Assembly: GCA_963757885.1 (NCBI GenBank)
Contig: CAVWSS010000006.1
Location: 305,500 to 369,499, forward strand
Reading direction: 5' to 3'
Length of the DNA stretch: 64,000 nt
Origin: an uncultured Acidobacteriota bacterium
Lineage (GTDB): Bacteria > Acidobacteriota > Terriglobia > Acidiferrales > UBA7541
How positions within the stretch are numbered: position 1 is the stretch's first letter; every line of letters starts with the position of its first letter. The notes under the pieces are model-generated. The model was given only the letters and a program-made list of their open reading frames with translations, did no database searches and was not told the DNA's origin. Shown piece after piece: positions 27,995-36,902 of this stretch. The translations under genes and the position numbers were made by a program.

Positions 27995-28484
27995 CGCGCG
28001 AGATCGTCTGCCCTCGACTCCCTTTAACTCTGTGATAAGCTCCCGCCGCGTGCCACCTATCCTGGAAGACCGCAAACTAGAAATTCAGCTAACCGAATAC
28101 CAAAAAGCACAGGATTCGGCGCAACATCACGATTCTCTTCTCTGGACTGTGGTCGGAATTCTTACATCTGGCATTGCGGCTTTATTTGGCTTTGCGTTGG
28201 AATACTACGATGGCCGGCATCCAAAGTGGATGTTCGGTTTGCTGGCCTCTTTGGGAATGGTATTCAGTCTTCTAATCGCGTTATTTGTTCGTAGCTTCTC
28301 AAATATAAGCCAGCAAAAATACGACCGGTGCAAAGAAATTGAAGAGGATCTCGGCATGAAACAGCATCGGGGTCTTCGTTGTTGGGACTCGCAAAGATTC
28401 GTAGTCTACATGCTAAGCAGCGCATTCTTTGTCATTTGGCTGATCCTTCTATGCGCACATCTGTGTTCCCAAGCTCCGTCGTAA
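27987..28484 (+). CDS. Hypothetical 3-TM membrane protein (low-GC cassette gene 2)
   Basis: 165 aa. A TTG or GTG start overlaps the stop of the upstream ORF. An amphipathic LTEYQKAQDSAQHHDSLLW lead-in is followed by TM1, TM2, a charged helix (QQKYDRCKEIEEDLG) and TM3. Lines sampled in this gene were about 33-43% GC. Confidence 0.55.
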   Translation: MTDARDRLPSTPFNSVISSRRVPPILEDRKLEIQLTEYQKAQDSAQHHDSLLWTVVGILTSGIAALFGFALEYYDGRHPKWMFGLLASLGMVFSLLIALFVRSFSNISQQKYDRCKEIEEDLGMKQHRGLRCWDSQRFVVYMLSSAFFVIWLILLCAHLCSQAPS

Positions 28485-28496
28485 CCTCGCCCCGGA

Positions 28497-30905
28497 CTAA
28501 TTCCTCAGCGCCTTCCCCGTCTTCAAAGTGTATCCAATCCTCTCCTGCGTCTTCCTCTCCCCGCACAAACTCACAAACGCCTCCCGCTCCAAATCCAGTG
28601 CATACTGCTCACTCACCAACTGCGGCGCGCTCAACTCGCCTCCCGCCAGCACATGCGCCAATTTCCTTGCCACCAACGCGTCATACTCCGAAATAAATTC
28701 GCCGCGCAGCATCATATGTATCGCCAGCTTCGCCGCCGCAATCAACTCTTCTCCTAGAACGCGCACCTCCGCGCCACCCCCCGCGTCACGCACCGGGGCC
28801 CTATACTCACTCCTCGCCAATCCCAGCACCGTCTCCTTCGCATCCGCCACCAATCGATCCCTATTCATGGCCACCGAGTCCGACCGGCGCATATACCCCA
28901 GCTCCACCGCCTCCGCCGCGCTCGTCGACACCTTCGCCATCGCAATCGTTTCAAACACCGGCTTGTACGCGTGAAACAAATCCAAGCTCTCCCCGCCTGA
29001 CGCATGCTCATTCGCGCGAATCATCATTTCCTTCGTTCCGCCGCCCGCCGGTATCAACCCCACTCCCGCCTCCACCAGCCCCATATACGTCTCCGCCGCC
29101 GCGTGAATCTTCGCGCCATGCAAACTAATCTCGCATCCGCCTCCCAGCGCCATTCCCTGCGGCGCAATCACCACCGGCTTCGGCGCATATTTGATCGCCA
29201 TATTCACGCGCTGAAATTCCCGCACCGCCGCGTGCAGATCGTCCCACTCCTGCTCCTGCGCGCTCACTAGGAGCAGCATCAAATTCGCGCCCACCGAAAA
29301 ATTGGCCGCCTGATTGGCGATGATCATGGCCTCAAAATCGGTGGCCAGCCGCTTCAGTCCCGCGTGAATCATCGACACAATGTCGCCGCCGATTGAATTC
29401 ATCTTGGAGTGAAACTCGCAGCAAACCACTCCGTCTCCCAAATCGATCAGGCTCGCGCCTACATTCGACTGCACCACTTTTGTTCGTTCTTGCAGCTCCT
29501 TCAAAATTAAAATTCCCGGCGGCCGCTCCTCGGGCACCATCTTTCCCGCGCTGACCACATCGAAATACTTCTTCTCGCCCTTCGCGCTCTCATAAAAGGA
29601 TTTCGCGCCGCCGTTCAGCAACTTCTCCACCAGCGACGGCCGCTGATAACCCGCCGCCTCCAGCCGCGCTGCCATCTTCTCCACTCCCACTGCATCCCAA
29701 ATCTCAAACGGACCCTGCTCCCACCCAAATCCCCACCGCATCGCCCGGTCCACATCCACCACGCGATCAGCAATTTCCGGCACGCGCATCGCCGCGTACC
29801 AACACGTCCTGCTCACGCTCGCCCACAAAAATCGCGACGCCTTATCCGCCTTCTCGCTCCCCTGCATCGCCGGCCCCATCAACGCCAGCAATCTCTTCCG
29901 CGTCCCTTCAATCCCCTTCGCCGCCTCAATTGACCCAAATCTCGCCTTCGTGCGCGGTCGGTATTCCAACGTCTTCCAATCCAGCGCCACAATTTCCTTC
30001 TCCCCGCCCGCGACGCGAACCTGCTGATAAAACCCTTTGCCGGCCTTCTCGCCCAGCCACCCGCGCCGGATCATCTCCTGCACAAACTTCGGCAACTCAT
30101 ACATCCCTCGCGACTCATCCTCCGTCGCGCGCTCATGAATGTTCCGCACCACATTCGCAATAATGTCGAGCCCCACAATATCCGCCGTGCGAAATGTCGC
30201 GCTCTTCGGCCATCCCGCAATCGGCCCAGTGCACGCGTCCACTTCCTCCACGGACATTTCCAGCTCCGCCATCAGCCGCATTGCGTTCATCAGCGAAAAA
30301 GTCCCAATGCGATTGGCAATAAAATTCGGCGTATCCTTCGCTCTCACCACACCTTTGCCCAGTCGCCGGTCGCAAAATTCTCCCAGCACTTGCCAACACA
30401 CTTTCGCGCGCGTCTGCGGCCCTGGTATCAACTCCACCAATTTCATGTACCGTGGCGGATTGAAAAAATGCGTCCCTGCAAAATGCTTCTGAAAGTCTTC
30501 CGATCTTCCCTCCGCAATCGAATGAATCGGCAGTCCGCTCGTATTTGTCGAAACGATCGTCCCCAGCCCGCCTAAACTTTTCCACGCGCTCCAGCAGCCG
30601 CGCTTGATCTCCAGCTTTTCCGCCACCGCCTCCACAATCCAATCGGCCTTCGCGCACCAATCCAGGTTGTCTTCAAAATTTCCGATCGTAATCAACCTCG
30701 CCACATCCGCGGCAAAAAATGCGGCCGGTTTCGCCTTCTTCGCGGCTTCCAATCCCGTCCGTGCCACCGCATTGCGATCCTTGCCTTCGCCCGGCGCCAC
30801 AATATCCAGCAAAAAACACGACACCCCCGCATTCGCCAGATGCGCCGCAATCCGCGCGCCCATCGTCCCCGCGCCTAGTACCGCTACCCGCTCAATCCCC
30901 GCCAT
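28497..30905 (-). CDS. 3-hydroxyacyl-CoA dehydrogenase / enoyl-CoA hydratase fusion (FadN/FadB-like)
   Basis: 802 aa. It has an N-terminal Rossmann fold (VAVLGAGTMGARIAAHLA) and a C-terminal crotonase region (ANFSVGANLMLLL). Confidence 0.9.
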   Translation of the reverse strand: MAGIERVAVLGAGTMGARIAAHLANAGVSCFLLDIVAPGEGKDRNAVARTGLEAAKKAKPAAFFAADVARLITIGNFEDNLDWCAKADWIVEAVAEKLEIKRGCWSAWKSLGGLGTIVSTNTSGLPIHSIAEGRSEDFQKHFAGTHFFNPPRYMKLVELIPGPQTRAKVCWQVLGEFCDRRLGKGVVRAKDTPNFIANRIGTFSLMNAMRLMAELEMSVEEVDACTGPIAGWPKSATFRTADIVGLDIIANVVRNIHERATEDESRGMYELPKFVQEMIRRGWLGEKAGKGFYQQVRVAGGEKEIVALDWKTLEYRPRTKARFGSIEAAKGIEGTRKRLLALMGPAMQGSEKADKASRFLWASVSRTCWYAAMRVPEIADRVVDVDRAMRWGFGWEQGPFEIWDAVGVEKMAARLEAAGYQRPSLVEKLLNGGAKSFYESAKGEKKYFDVVSAGKMVPEERPPGILILKELQERTKVVQSNVGASLIDLGDGVVCCEFHSKMNSIGGDIVSMIHAGLKRLATDFEAMIIANQAANFSVGANLMLLLVSAQEQEWDDLHAAVREFQRVNMAIKYAPKPVVIAPQGMALGGGCEISLHGAKIHAAAETYMGLVEAGVGLIPAGGGTKEMMIRANEHASGGESLDLFHAYKPVFETIAMAKVSTSAAEAVELGYMRRSDSVAMNRDRLVADAKETVLGLARSEYRAPVRDAGGGAEVRVLGEELIAAAKLAIHMMLRGEFISEYDALVARKLAHVLAGGELSAPQLVSEQYALDLEREAFVSLCGERKTQERIGYTLKTGKALRN

Positions 30906-31400
30906 TTATCTTTCTGCTACTCCTCTCCCTCGCGCGCCATCCAAATCCGTGCTCACCCCTCTCCGCCTCCCGCGTCAAATCCCACCGAAGAGCCAAACAG
31001 TTTGACGATGACGCTGCAACGCCCCAGTCACCGATTAAATTGCGTTTGGCTCTTCTAATTTTTTGAACTTTCCCCGCCTTTCTCCTCTTCTACCTCCACT
31101 TTCACTTTCTTCCCTCCGCCCTTCCCCGTTTTATTCAACCAATCCTCGAGCGACTTCCTCAATCTCTCCGGCTTCACACTCAATCCCGCCTCAATCCTGC
31201 CCTCTCCTACCGGCAACGTGTCATCAAACTCCGCCGCCCCCGTAAAATTTCTCATCGCAAAGGCATCCAGCCACTCCAGACGGACAATCCTTCTTTTCGC
31301 CTCCTCCCACCTCCACCCACACCCTCATCTTCCTCGCAAACATCCCGCGAGTATATCTCGCTCCCATCTTTGAGTTTGCTTTTGCCTTAGAAGTTTCTGC

Positions 31401-31516
31401 GGGTGCCACAAATGCGTTTTGGGCGTTCACAGAACGCACAGACGAACCGCAAGGTTCGTTCTCATATCAATGGACGCAGGTGGGAAGGCAGCACGTGAAA
31501 GCTTAAGTGTTTTTGC
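31401..31516 (+). repeat. Hairpin repeat R11 (long, diverged; nested GNRA hairpin)
   Basis: gggtgccacaaatgcg...acgaacc-gcaa-ggttcgt...caggtgggaaggcagcacgtgaaagcttaagtg. Confidence 0.5.
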
Positions 31517-31522
31517 TTTTCC

Positions 31523-31584
31523 GGGTGCCCCACTTCCTGGCGTCAGGAAGTGGAATCGAATGAAATTTAAAGCCTTCGCTTTGC
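31523..31584 (+). repeat. Hairpin repeat R12 (type II tail, short form)
   Basis: gggtgccccacttcctg-gcgt-caggaagtgga-atcgaatgaaatttaaagccttcgctttgc. The stem sequence differs from R5 and R9 by compensated changes. Confidence 0.85.
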
Positions 31585-31609
31585 TCGTCCTAACGGTCCG
31601 GCCTCAACT

Positions 31610-34114
31610 TTACTCCGCCCTTAGCACCATGACCGGATCCACCCTCATTGCCCTTCTCGCCGGCACAAAACACGCCGCTGCTCCCACCGCCACCAACACG
31701 ACCGCCCCCGCCGCCAGCGTTACCGGATCAAACGGCTTCACTCCAAATACCAAACTTTCCAGCGATCTGGTCAGCAACGCCGCCCCCACCACTCCAATTA
31801 CAATTCCCGCCCCAGTCAGCCACACTCCGCGGCCCACCACCAAACTCATCACGTCCTGCGGCTTTGCTCCCAGCGCAATTCGTATCCCAATTTCCCGCAT
31901 CCGCTGCGTCACGTAGTACGCCATCACCCCATAAATCCCAATCGACGCCAAAATCATCGCCGTCGCCGCGAAAAACGCCAGCAGCAGCATTGCAAATCTT
32001 CGCGCCGCCAACGAATCTATCACCACGCTATCGAGCGTCCTCACTCCAAACACCGGCAGCGTCGGATCCACCGCCTGCACTTCCCGCCGCAACGGCTCGG
32101 CCAAGACCTCTGCGCTCGATGAAGTCCGCACAAAAATCGTCAAAATCTTCACGCCCGACTGAAACACTGCCTGATAAATGTGCGGCGTGAATGGCTCGTC
32201 CAAACTCCCGCTCTTCATCTTTCCCACCACGCCCACAATCTTCAGTGACTTTCGCGCCTGCGGCTGAAACGATGCCGGCACATTCGCAAAGTGAAAGCTC
32301 TTCCCCACCGGATCCTCGCTCGGCCAATAACGCTGCGCCGTCGTCTCGTCGATCAACGCCACTCGCTCTGCCGTCTCGTTATCTCCGTCCTTAAAAAATC
32401 GACCCGCCACCAACGGCGTTCCCAGCAACTTAAAATAATCCGGCGTCACTGACGAAATTTCCGCCGTCGGTGCTTCTCCCGCCGAAGCTGGCGGCCTGTC
32501 GTCAATCACAATCGGCGTTAAATTCTTCGCTCGTGATAACGGCAGACTCCCCTGGGTCCCGATGGCCACTTCATTCACGCCCGGCAATGCCGACACTCGC
32601 CGGATAATTTCCCGCGATAACGCCGCCTGCTTCGGCGCATTCGGATACAAATTCTGCGTCGGATTGTTTGGCGTCGGCAGCCAGATCTGCGACACCACCA
32701 CATTGTCCGGCCTAAATCCCGGCGATACTGACAGCAAATTCCAAAAACTCCGCAGCAGCAGCCCCGCGCCCACCATCAGCACCAGTGACAGCGCCACTTC
32801 CGACACAATCAGCGCGCCCATCACTCTGCTCTGCTTCGTCCCCACTCCGCCGCGCCCGCCTTCCTTCAAGTTCTCCATCAACTTCGGATCCGAAAGCTGT
32901 AGCGCCGGCGCAATTCCAAATAGAATTCCAGTCAGTAACGCCAGCCCCATGGTGAACACCAGCACCGTCCCGCTCATGTGTATCTCCGCAATGCGCGGCA
33001 GCCGCTCCGGCATCAAGTGCAACAGCGCACCTTGCAGCCACGCATCCACCAATAGCCCCAGCACTCCGCCTGCGAGCGACAACACCATGCTCTCCGTCAG
33101 CGTCTGCCTGATCAGCCGCCCAGATCCAGCTCCGAGCGCGCGCCTCAGCGCAAATTCCCGGTGCCTTCCCGACGACCGCGCCAATAGCAGCGCCGCAATA
33201 TTCACGCACGCAATCAGCAGCACCAAGCCCACCGCGCTCAACAAAATCACCAGCATCGTTTCCGACTTGCCCACCATATCTTTCTTCAACGGCTCCATCC
33301 GCACCCGCCACCCCATCGCCGCCGGATAACTTCCCGGATACTGTGCCGTCAAATTCGACACAAACGCATTCAACTTCGCCTGGGCCTGCTCCACCGTCAT
33401 CCCGCGCTGCAATCGGCCAATCGCCGTTGGCAACATTCGAATGTCCCGGCTCGGCGGCACTGGAAACGGATCCGCTACATAGCCCGCGGCCACCCAGCAC
33501 TCCACGTCATGCTCCAGCGTCGGCCCCGGGTGCCGAAAGTCCGGCCCCATCACGCCCACAATCACGTACTCGTCGCCGTCAATTCGAAACTGCTTCCCAA
33601 TCGCGCTCGAATCCCCACCAAACATCCGCCGCCACAAACTGTCGCTGATCACCGCATTCTGCGTAAATCCCGGCGCGTAATCCTGCGAAGTGATAAACCG
33701 CCCCACTTCCGGTTTCACTCCCAGCATTTCAAAATAGTTGAAACTCACCGCCATCGCCTCGATGCGCTCCGGCTTTTCTCCGCCGGTCACATTCGCATCG
33801 ATCGGCCAAGCCGCCGAAATTTCCTGAAACACGCCCGAGCTTTTTTGCAGATCGTCGATCTCCGGCTGCGACATACCCACATTCTTCACCTGCTGCGCCG
33901 TCAGATCGTCCTGCACCGCGACGAGCTCCTGCGGAGCCGGAAACGGCAAAGGCCTGAGCAGCACTGCGTCGACCACCGAAAATAGCGCCGTGTTCGCGCC
34001 AATCCCCAGCGCCAGAGTCAGCAGCGCCACCACCGTAAATCCCCTGTTTTGCCGCAACGCCCGCAACCCATACCTCAGGTCCTGCCCTACCTCATCCATC
34101 CATTCCCAACTCAT
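31610..34114 (-). CDS. ADOP-family duplicated ABC-type permease (two MacB/FtsX-like halves)
   Basis: I start it at ATG 34114 (MSWEWMDEVGQDLRYGLRALRQNRGFTVVALLTLALGIGANTALFSVV, the typical ADOP N-terminus). 834 aa with two 4-TM FtsX-like halves. Confidence 0.85.
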   Translation of the reverse strand: MSWEWMDEVGQDLRYGLRALRQNRGFTVVALLTLALGIGANTALFSVVDAVLLRPLPFPAPQELVAVQDDLTAQQVKNVGMSQPEIDDLQKSSGVFQEISAAWPIDANVTGGEKPERIEAMAVSFNYFEMLGVKPEVGRFITSQDYAPGFTQNAVISDSLWRRMFGGDSSAIGKQFRIDGDEYVIVGVMGPDFRHPGPTLEHDVECWVAAGYVADPFPVPPSRDIRMLPTAIGRLQRGMTVEQAQAKLNAFVSNLTAQYPGSYPAAMGWRVRMEPLKKDMVGKSETMLVILLSAVGLVLLIACVNIAALLLARSSGRHREFALRRALGAGSGRLIRQTLTESMVLSLAGGVLGLLVDAWLQGALLHLMPERLPRIAEIHMSGTVLVFTMGLALLTGILFGIAPALQLSDPKLMENLKEGGRGGVGTKQSRVMGALIVSEVALSLVLMVGAGLLLRSFWNLLSVSPGFRPDNVVVSQIWLPTPNNPTQNLYPNAPKQAALSREIIRRVSALPGVNEVAIGTQGSLPLSRAKNLTPIVIDDRPPASAGEAPTAEISSVTPDYFKLLGTPLVAGRFFKDGDNETAERVALIDETTAQRYWPSEDPVGKSFHFANVPASFQPQARKSLKIVGVVGKMKSGSLDEPFTPHIYQAVFQSGVKILTIFVRTSSSAEVLAEPLRREVQAVDPTLPVFGVRTLDSVVIDSLAARRFAMLLLAFFAATAMILASIGIYGVMAYYVTQRMREIGIRIALGAKPQDVMSLVVGRGVWLTGAGIVIGVVGAALLTRSLESLVFGVKPFDPVTLAAGAVVLVAVGAAACFVPARRAMRVDPVMVLRAE

Positions 34115-34135
34115 CGGGCTTCTCCTTCCGTCTCT

Positions 34136-34190
34136 GGGTGCCCCATGCGCCGGTTTTGCGCGTGGGGACTTACATCCAAATTCCGGGTCC
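34136..34190 (+). repeat. Hairpin repeat R13 (type I tail)
   Basis: gggtgccccatgcgc-cggtttt-gcgcgtgggga-cttacatccaaattccgggtcc. Confidence 0.8.
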
Positions 34191-34505
34191 ACTGCGACGT
34201 GTAGAGTTTTGCCTTGCTACTCAATCAGATGCCCTTCCATTCCTCCCATCTCCGCTATTCGCCCTGTTCTAAGGTGTTTACGTCCCTCCCACTTCCTTTT
34301 CGTTTCTCCTTCCTTCGTCCGCTTACGAACACCCCCGTCCCCTCACCGCTACATCCAATTTGGCCCGCTTCGCTTGCGATTGATTCTCTGTTTTCTTGGT
34401 GTGACTTCGTTCTCCCTTTCCTTCTCTTCCCCTCTCCCCCGTAACCTCCCCGCCACCCGTTCCACATCTTGCAATTACCCCCCTCCCTGACCTAGACTTC
34501 CCTAT

Positions 34506-34527
34506 CGGCCTTTGGGCCGTTTTTTTT
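34506..34527 (+). terminator. Rho-independent terminator-like hairpin + U8 on the + strand, upstream of pckG
   Basis: cggcc-tttg-ggccg followed by tttttttt. No + strand CDS lies upstream of it. Confidence 0.55.
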
Positions 34528-34665
34528 CCTCCGCTTGCGCTTTTTGCGCTTTGCGCTGAAACGCCAAGACGTCGAAACGCCGTAACCAGCGCCGGCCCAT
34601 ACACCGGCCTAGTCCCCCCGCCAGGGAGCGGTGAGAATTTCCTGGGGTTCTTTCTTGGAGGCTGA

Positions 34666-36429
34666 TTGGCCACGCCACTGGAACGTTGGGTCGAAGACTC
34701 TGCACGGCTCACCAAACCCGAGAAAATCGTCTGGTGTGACGGCTCCTCCTCCGAATACTCCCGCCTCGTCGACATCATGCTTCGCGACGGCACTTTCCTC
34801 CCCCTCAATCCCAAGACTTACCCAAACTCCTTCCTCCATCGCAGCAATCCCAACGATGTAGCTCGCACTGAAAAGATTACCTTTATCTGCACTCGCGATA
34901 AGCACGCCGCCGGCCCCACCAATAACTGGATGGCCCCCGATGAAGCAAAGAACATGGTCCGTCCGCTCTTTGACGGCGCCATGAAGGGCCGCATCATGTA
35001 TGTCGTGCCCTACGTCATGGGCCCCATCGACTCGCCCTACTCCCGCCTCGGCGTCGAAGTCACCGACTCTCCCTATGTCGCCGCCTCCATGCGCATCATG
35101 TCCCACATGGGCACCATCGCCCGCGACCGCATTAGCGCTTCCGAAGATTTCGTTCCCGGCCTCCACTCCCTCGGCGACCTCGATCCGTCCCGCCGCTACG
35201 TTCTGCATTTCCCCGAAGAACGCCTGATCTGGTCCATCGGCTCCGGCTACGGCGGCAACGCCCTCCTCGGCAAAAAATGCTTCGCCCTGCGCATCGCTTC
35301 CTACATCGCTCGCTCCCAGGGCTGGATGGCCGAGCACATGTTGATCCTCGGTCTCGAAGACCCCTCCGGCAAAGTCACCTACATGGCCGCCGCGTTCCCC
35401 TCCGCCTGCGGCAAGACCAACCTCGCCATGATGGTCTCCACCCTCGAAGATCAGGGCTACCGCGTGTGGACCGTTGGCGACGACATCGCCTGGATTCACA
35501 TCGCTTCCGACGGCACCCTCCGTGCCATCAACCCTGAAAACGGCTTCTTCGGCGTCGCTCCCGGCACTTCCCGCAAAAGCAATCCGCACATCGTCGAAGC
35601 CATGCGCCATAACTCCATCTTCACCAACGTGGCGCTCACTCCCGAAAGCGAGCCCTGGTGGGAAGGTATGGACGCCGAACCGCCTCCGGGCCTCGTCAAT
35701 TGGCTCGGCCAGCCCTGGTCGCCCGACAAAGGACAAGGACCCGCCGCGCATCCCAACGCGCGCTACACCGTCCCGGCCACTCAATCGAAATCCATTTCAC
35801 CGAAGTGGCAGGACCCCGAAGGCGTGCCCATCTCCGCCATCATCTTTGGCGGACGCCGAGCCAGCCTTGCTCCTCTCGTCTACGAATCGCGCGACTGGCA
35901 GCACGGCGTCTTCGTCGGCGCCACTCTTGCTTCCGAAACCACCGCCGCCGCTACCGGAGCCGTCGGCGTTACTCGTCGAGACCCAATGGCCATGCTTCCC
36001 TTCTGCGGCTACAACATGTCCGAATATTTCGAGCACTGGCTGCGCATGGGTACGCGCGTCAAAAATCCGCCCAAGATTTTCCATGTGAATTGGTTCCGAC
36101 GCGGCGCCGACGGCAAATTCCTCTGGCCCGGCTATGGCGAAAACGTTCGCGTTCTCAAGTGGATGCTCGAGCGCATCGAAGGCCGGGCCAACGCCGTCGA
36201 AACTCCCATTGGCTGTGTCCCCGCTCCCGGCTCGCTTACTCTCGACGGCCTCAACATTTCCAAGTCCACCATGGATCAGCTCATGCTCGTCGATCCCGCC
36301 GAATGGGCCACCGAATCCGAAGCCATCTCCAAATTCTTCCAAATCTTCGGCTCCGAACTCCCCGCCCCGCTCACCGACCAACTCCACATCCTCGAATCCA
36401 ACCTCCACGCCGCCGTCTCCCCCCGCTAA
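34666..36429 (+). CDS. pckG: Phosphoenolpyruvate carboxykinase (GTP)
   Basis: 587 aa with a TTG start and GGAGG 7 nt upstream. Motifs: WCDGS, GSGYGGNALLGKKCFALRIAS, FPSACGKTNLAMM. Confidence 0.92.
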   Translation: MATPLERWVEDSARLTKPEKIVWCDGSSSEYSRLVDIMLRDGTFLPLNPKTYPNSFLHRSNPNDVARTEKITFICTRDKHAAGPTNNWMAPDEAKNMVRPLFDGAMKGRIMYVVPYVMGPIDSPYSRLGVEVTDSPYVAASMRIMSHMGTIARDRISASEDFVPGLHSLGDLDPSRRYVLHFPEERLIWSIGSGYGGNALLGKKCFALRIASYIARSQGWMAEHMLILGLEDPSGKVTYMAAAFPSACGKTNLAMMVSTLEDQGYRVWTVGDDIAWIHIASDGTLRAINPENGFFGVAPGTSRKSNPHIVEAMRHNSIFTNVALTPESEPWWEGMDAEPPPGLVNWLGQPWSPDKGQGPAAHPNARYTVPATQSKSISPKWQDPEGVPISAIIFGGRRASLAPLVYESRDWQHGVFVGATLASETTAAATGAVGVTRRDPMAMLPFCGYNMSEYFEHWLRMGTRVKNPPKIFHVNWFRRGADGKFLWPGYGENVRVLKWMLERIEGRANAVETPIGCVPAPGSLTLDGLNISKSTMDQLMLVDPAEWATESEAISKFFQIFGSELPAPLTDQLHILESNLHAAVSPR

Positions 36430-36431
36430 TC

Positions 36432-36842
36432 ATGTCCCGCCGCATTTGGCTCACGCTCATAATCGCTGGATTTGCCCTGCTGGTTTTAGTAGTGGATTTT
36501 GCTTGTGTTCTGCTGCTGCATTCTTTCGGCACAATGCCGCCCCTTACAAGTCACTGGCGCTTCGAGTTCTTGGTCGGTGCTTTGTGGTTCGTGCCCATTG
36601 CTGCTGCGTCTTACGGTATTTTTCGTCAGCTTCTCAAGAAATTTTCGCGCCGCGAATCCCGTAGTATCGGCACCGTCTTCGGCCTCACCTCGCCATTTGC
36701 ATTCGGCGTGGGATTTCTGGTCTCGTCGCTCACGGGTAGTTTCGTCGGCGCGATAGCCGCCACTGTCCTGCTTACTACTGTTATCGAACTCGCCTTCTCA
36801 GCGCTAACCCTGAAAGTGATCCGTCTTTCCCCGTCGATTTAA
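36432..36842 (+). CDS. Small 4-TM membrane protein, unknown function
   Basis: ATG 36432 lies 2 nt after the pckG stop. 136 aa (MSRRIWLTLIIAGFALLVLVV...). Only this last part of track ORF 35658..36842 looks real. Confidence 0.5.
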   Translation: MSRRIWLTLIIAGFALLVLVVDFACVLLLHSFGTMPPLTSHWRFEFLVGALWFVPIAAASYGIFRQLLKKFSRRESRSIGTVFGLTSPFAFGVGFLVSSLTGSFVGAIAATVLLTTVIELAFSALTLKVIRLSPSI

Positions 36843-36874
36843 ATAAAAAAGGCCGCCCAATTCACCGGGCGGCC
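36841..36874 (-). terminator. Rho-independent terminator of the 2-oxoacid dehydrogenase operon (hairpin shared with convergent + genes)
   Basis: On the minus strand: ggccgccc-ggtgaatt-gggcggcc followed by ttttttattt. Confidence 0.8.
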
Positions 36875-36902
36875 TCTTATCAAACAGGTTTTTGAAACGA
36901 AG

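Noticed and set aside
34429-34458. G-quadruplex-type motif on the minus strand as a stand-alone finding.
   Set aside because: Such runs are expected fairly often in G/A-rich leaders of a GC-rich genome. It is mentioned only within the polypyrimidine-tract finding.
34609-35784. 391-aa minus-strand ORF, plus 35474..36088 and 35797..36408.
   Set aside because: They are antisense or out of frame to GTP-PEPCK, whose motifs are unambiguous.
35658-36431. N-terminal 258 codons of track ORF 35658..36842.
   Set aside because: This part is an Arg/Pro-rich alternative frame of pckG. Only the part after ATG 36432, a hydrophobic 136-aa protein, is plausible.
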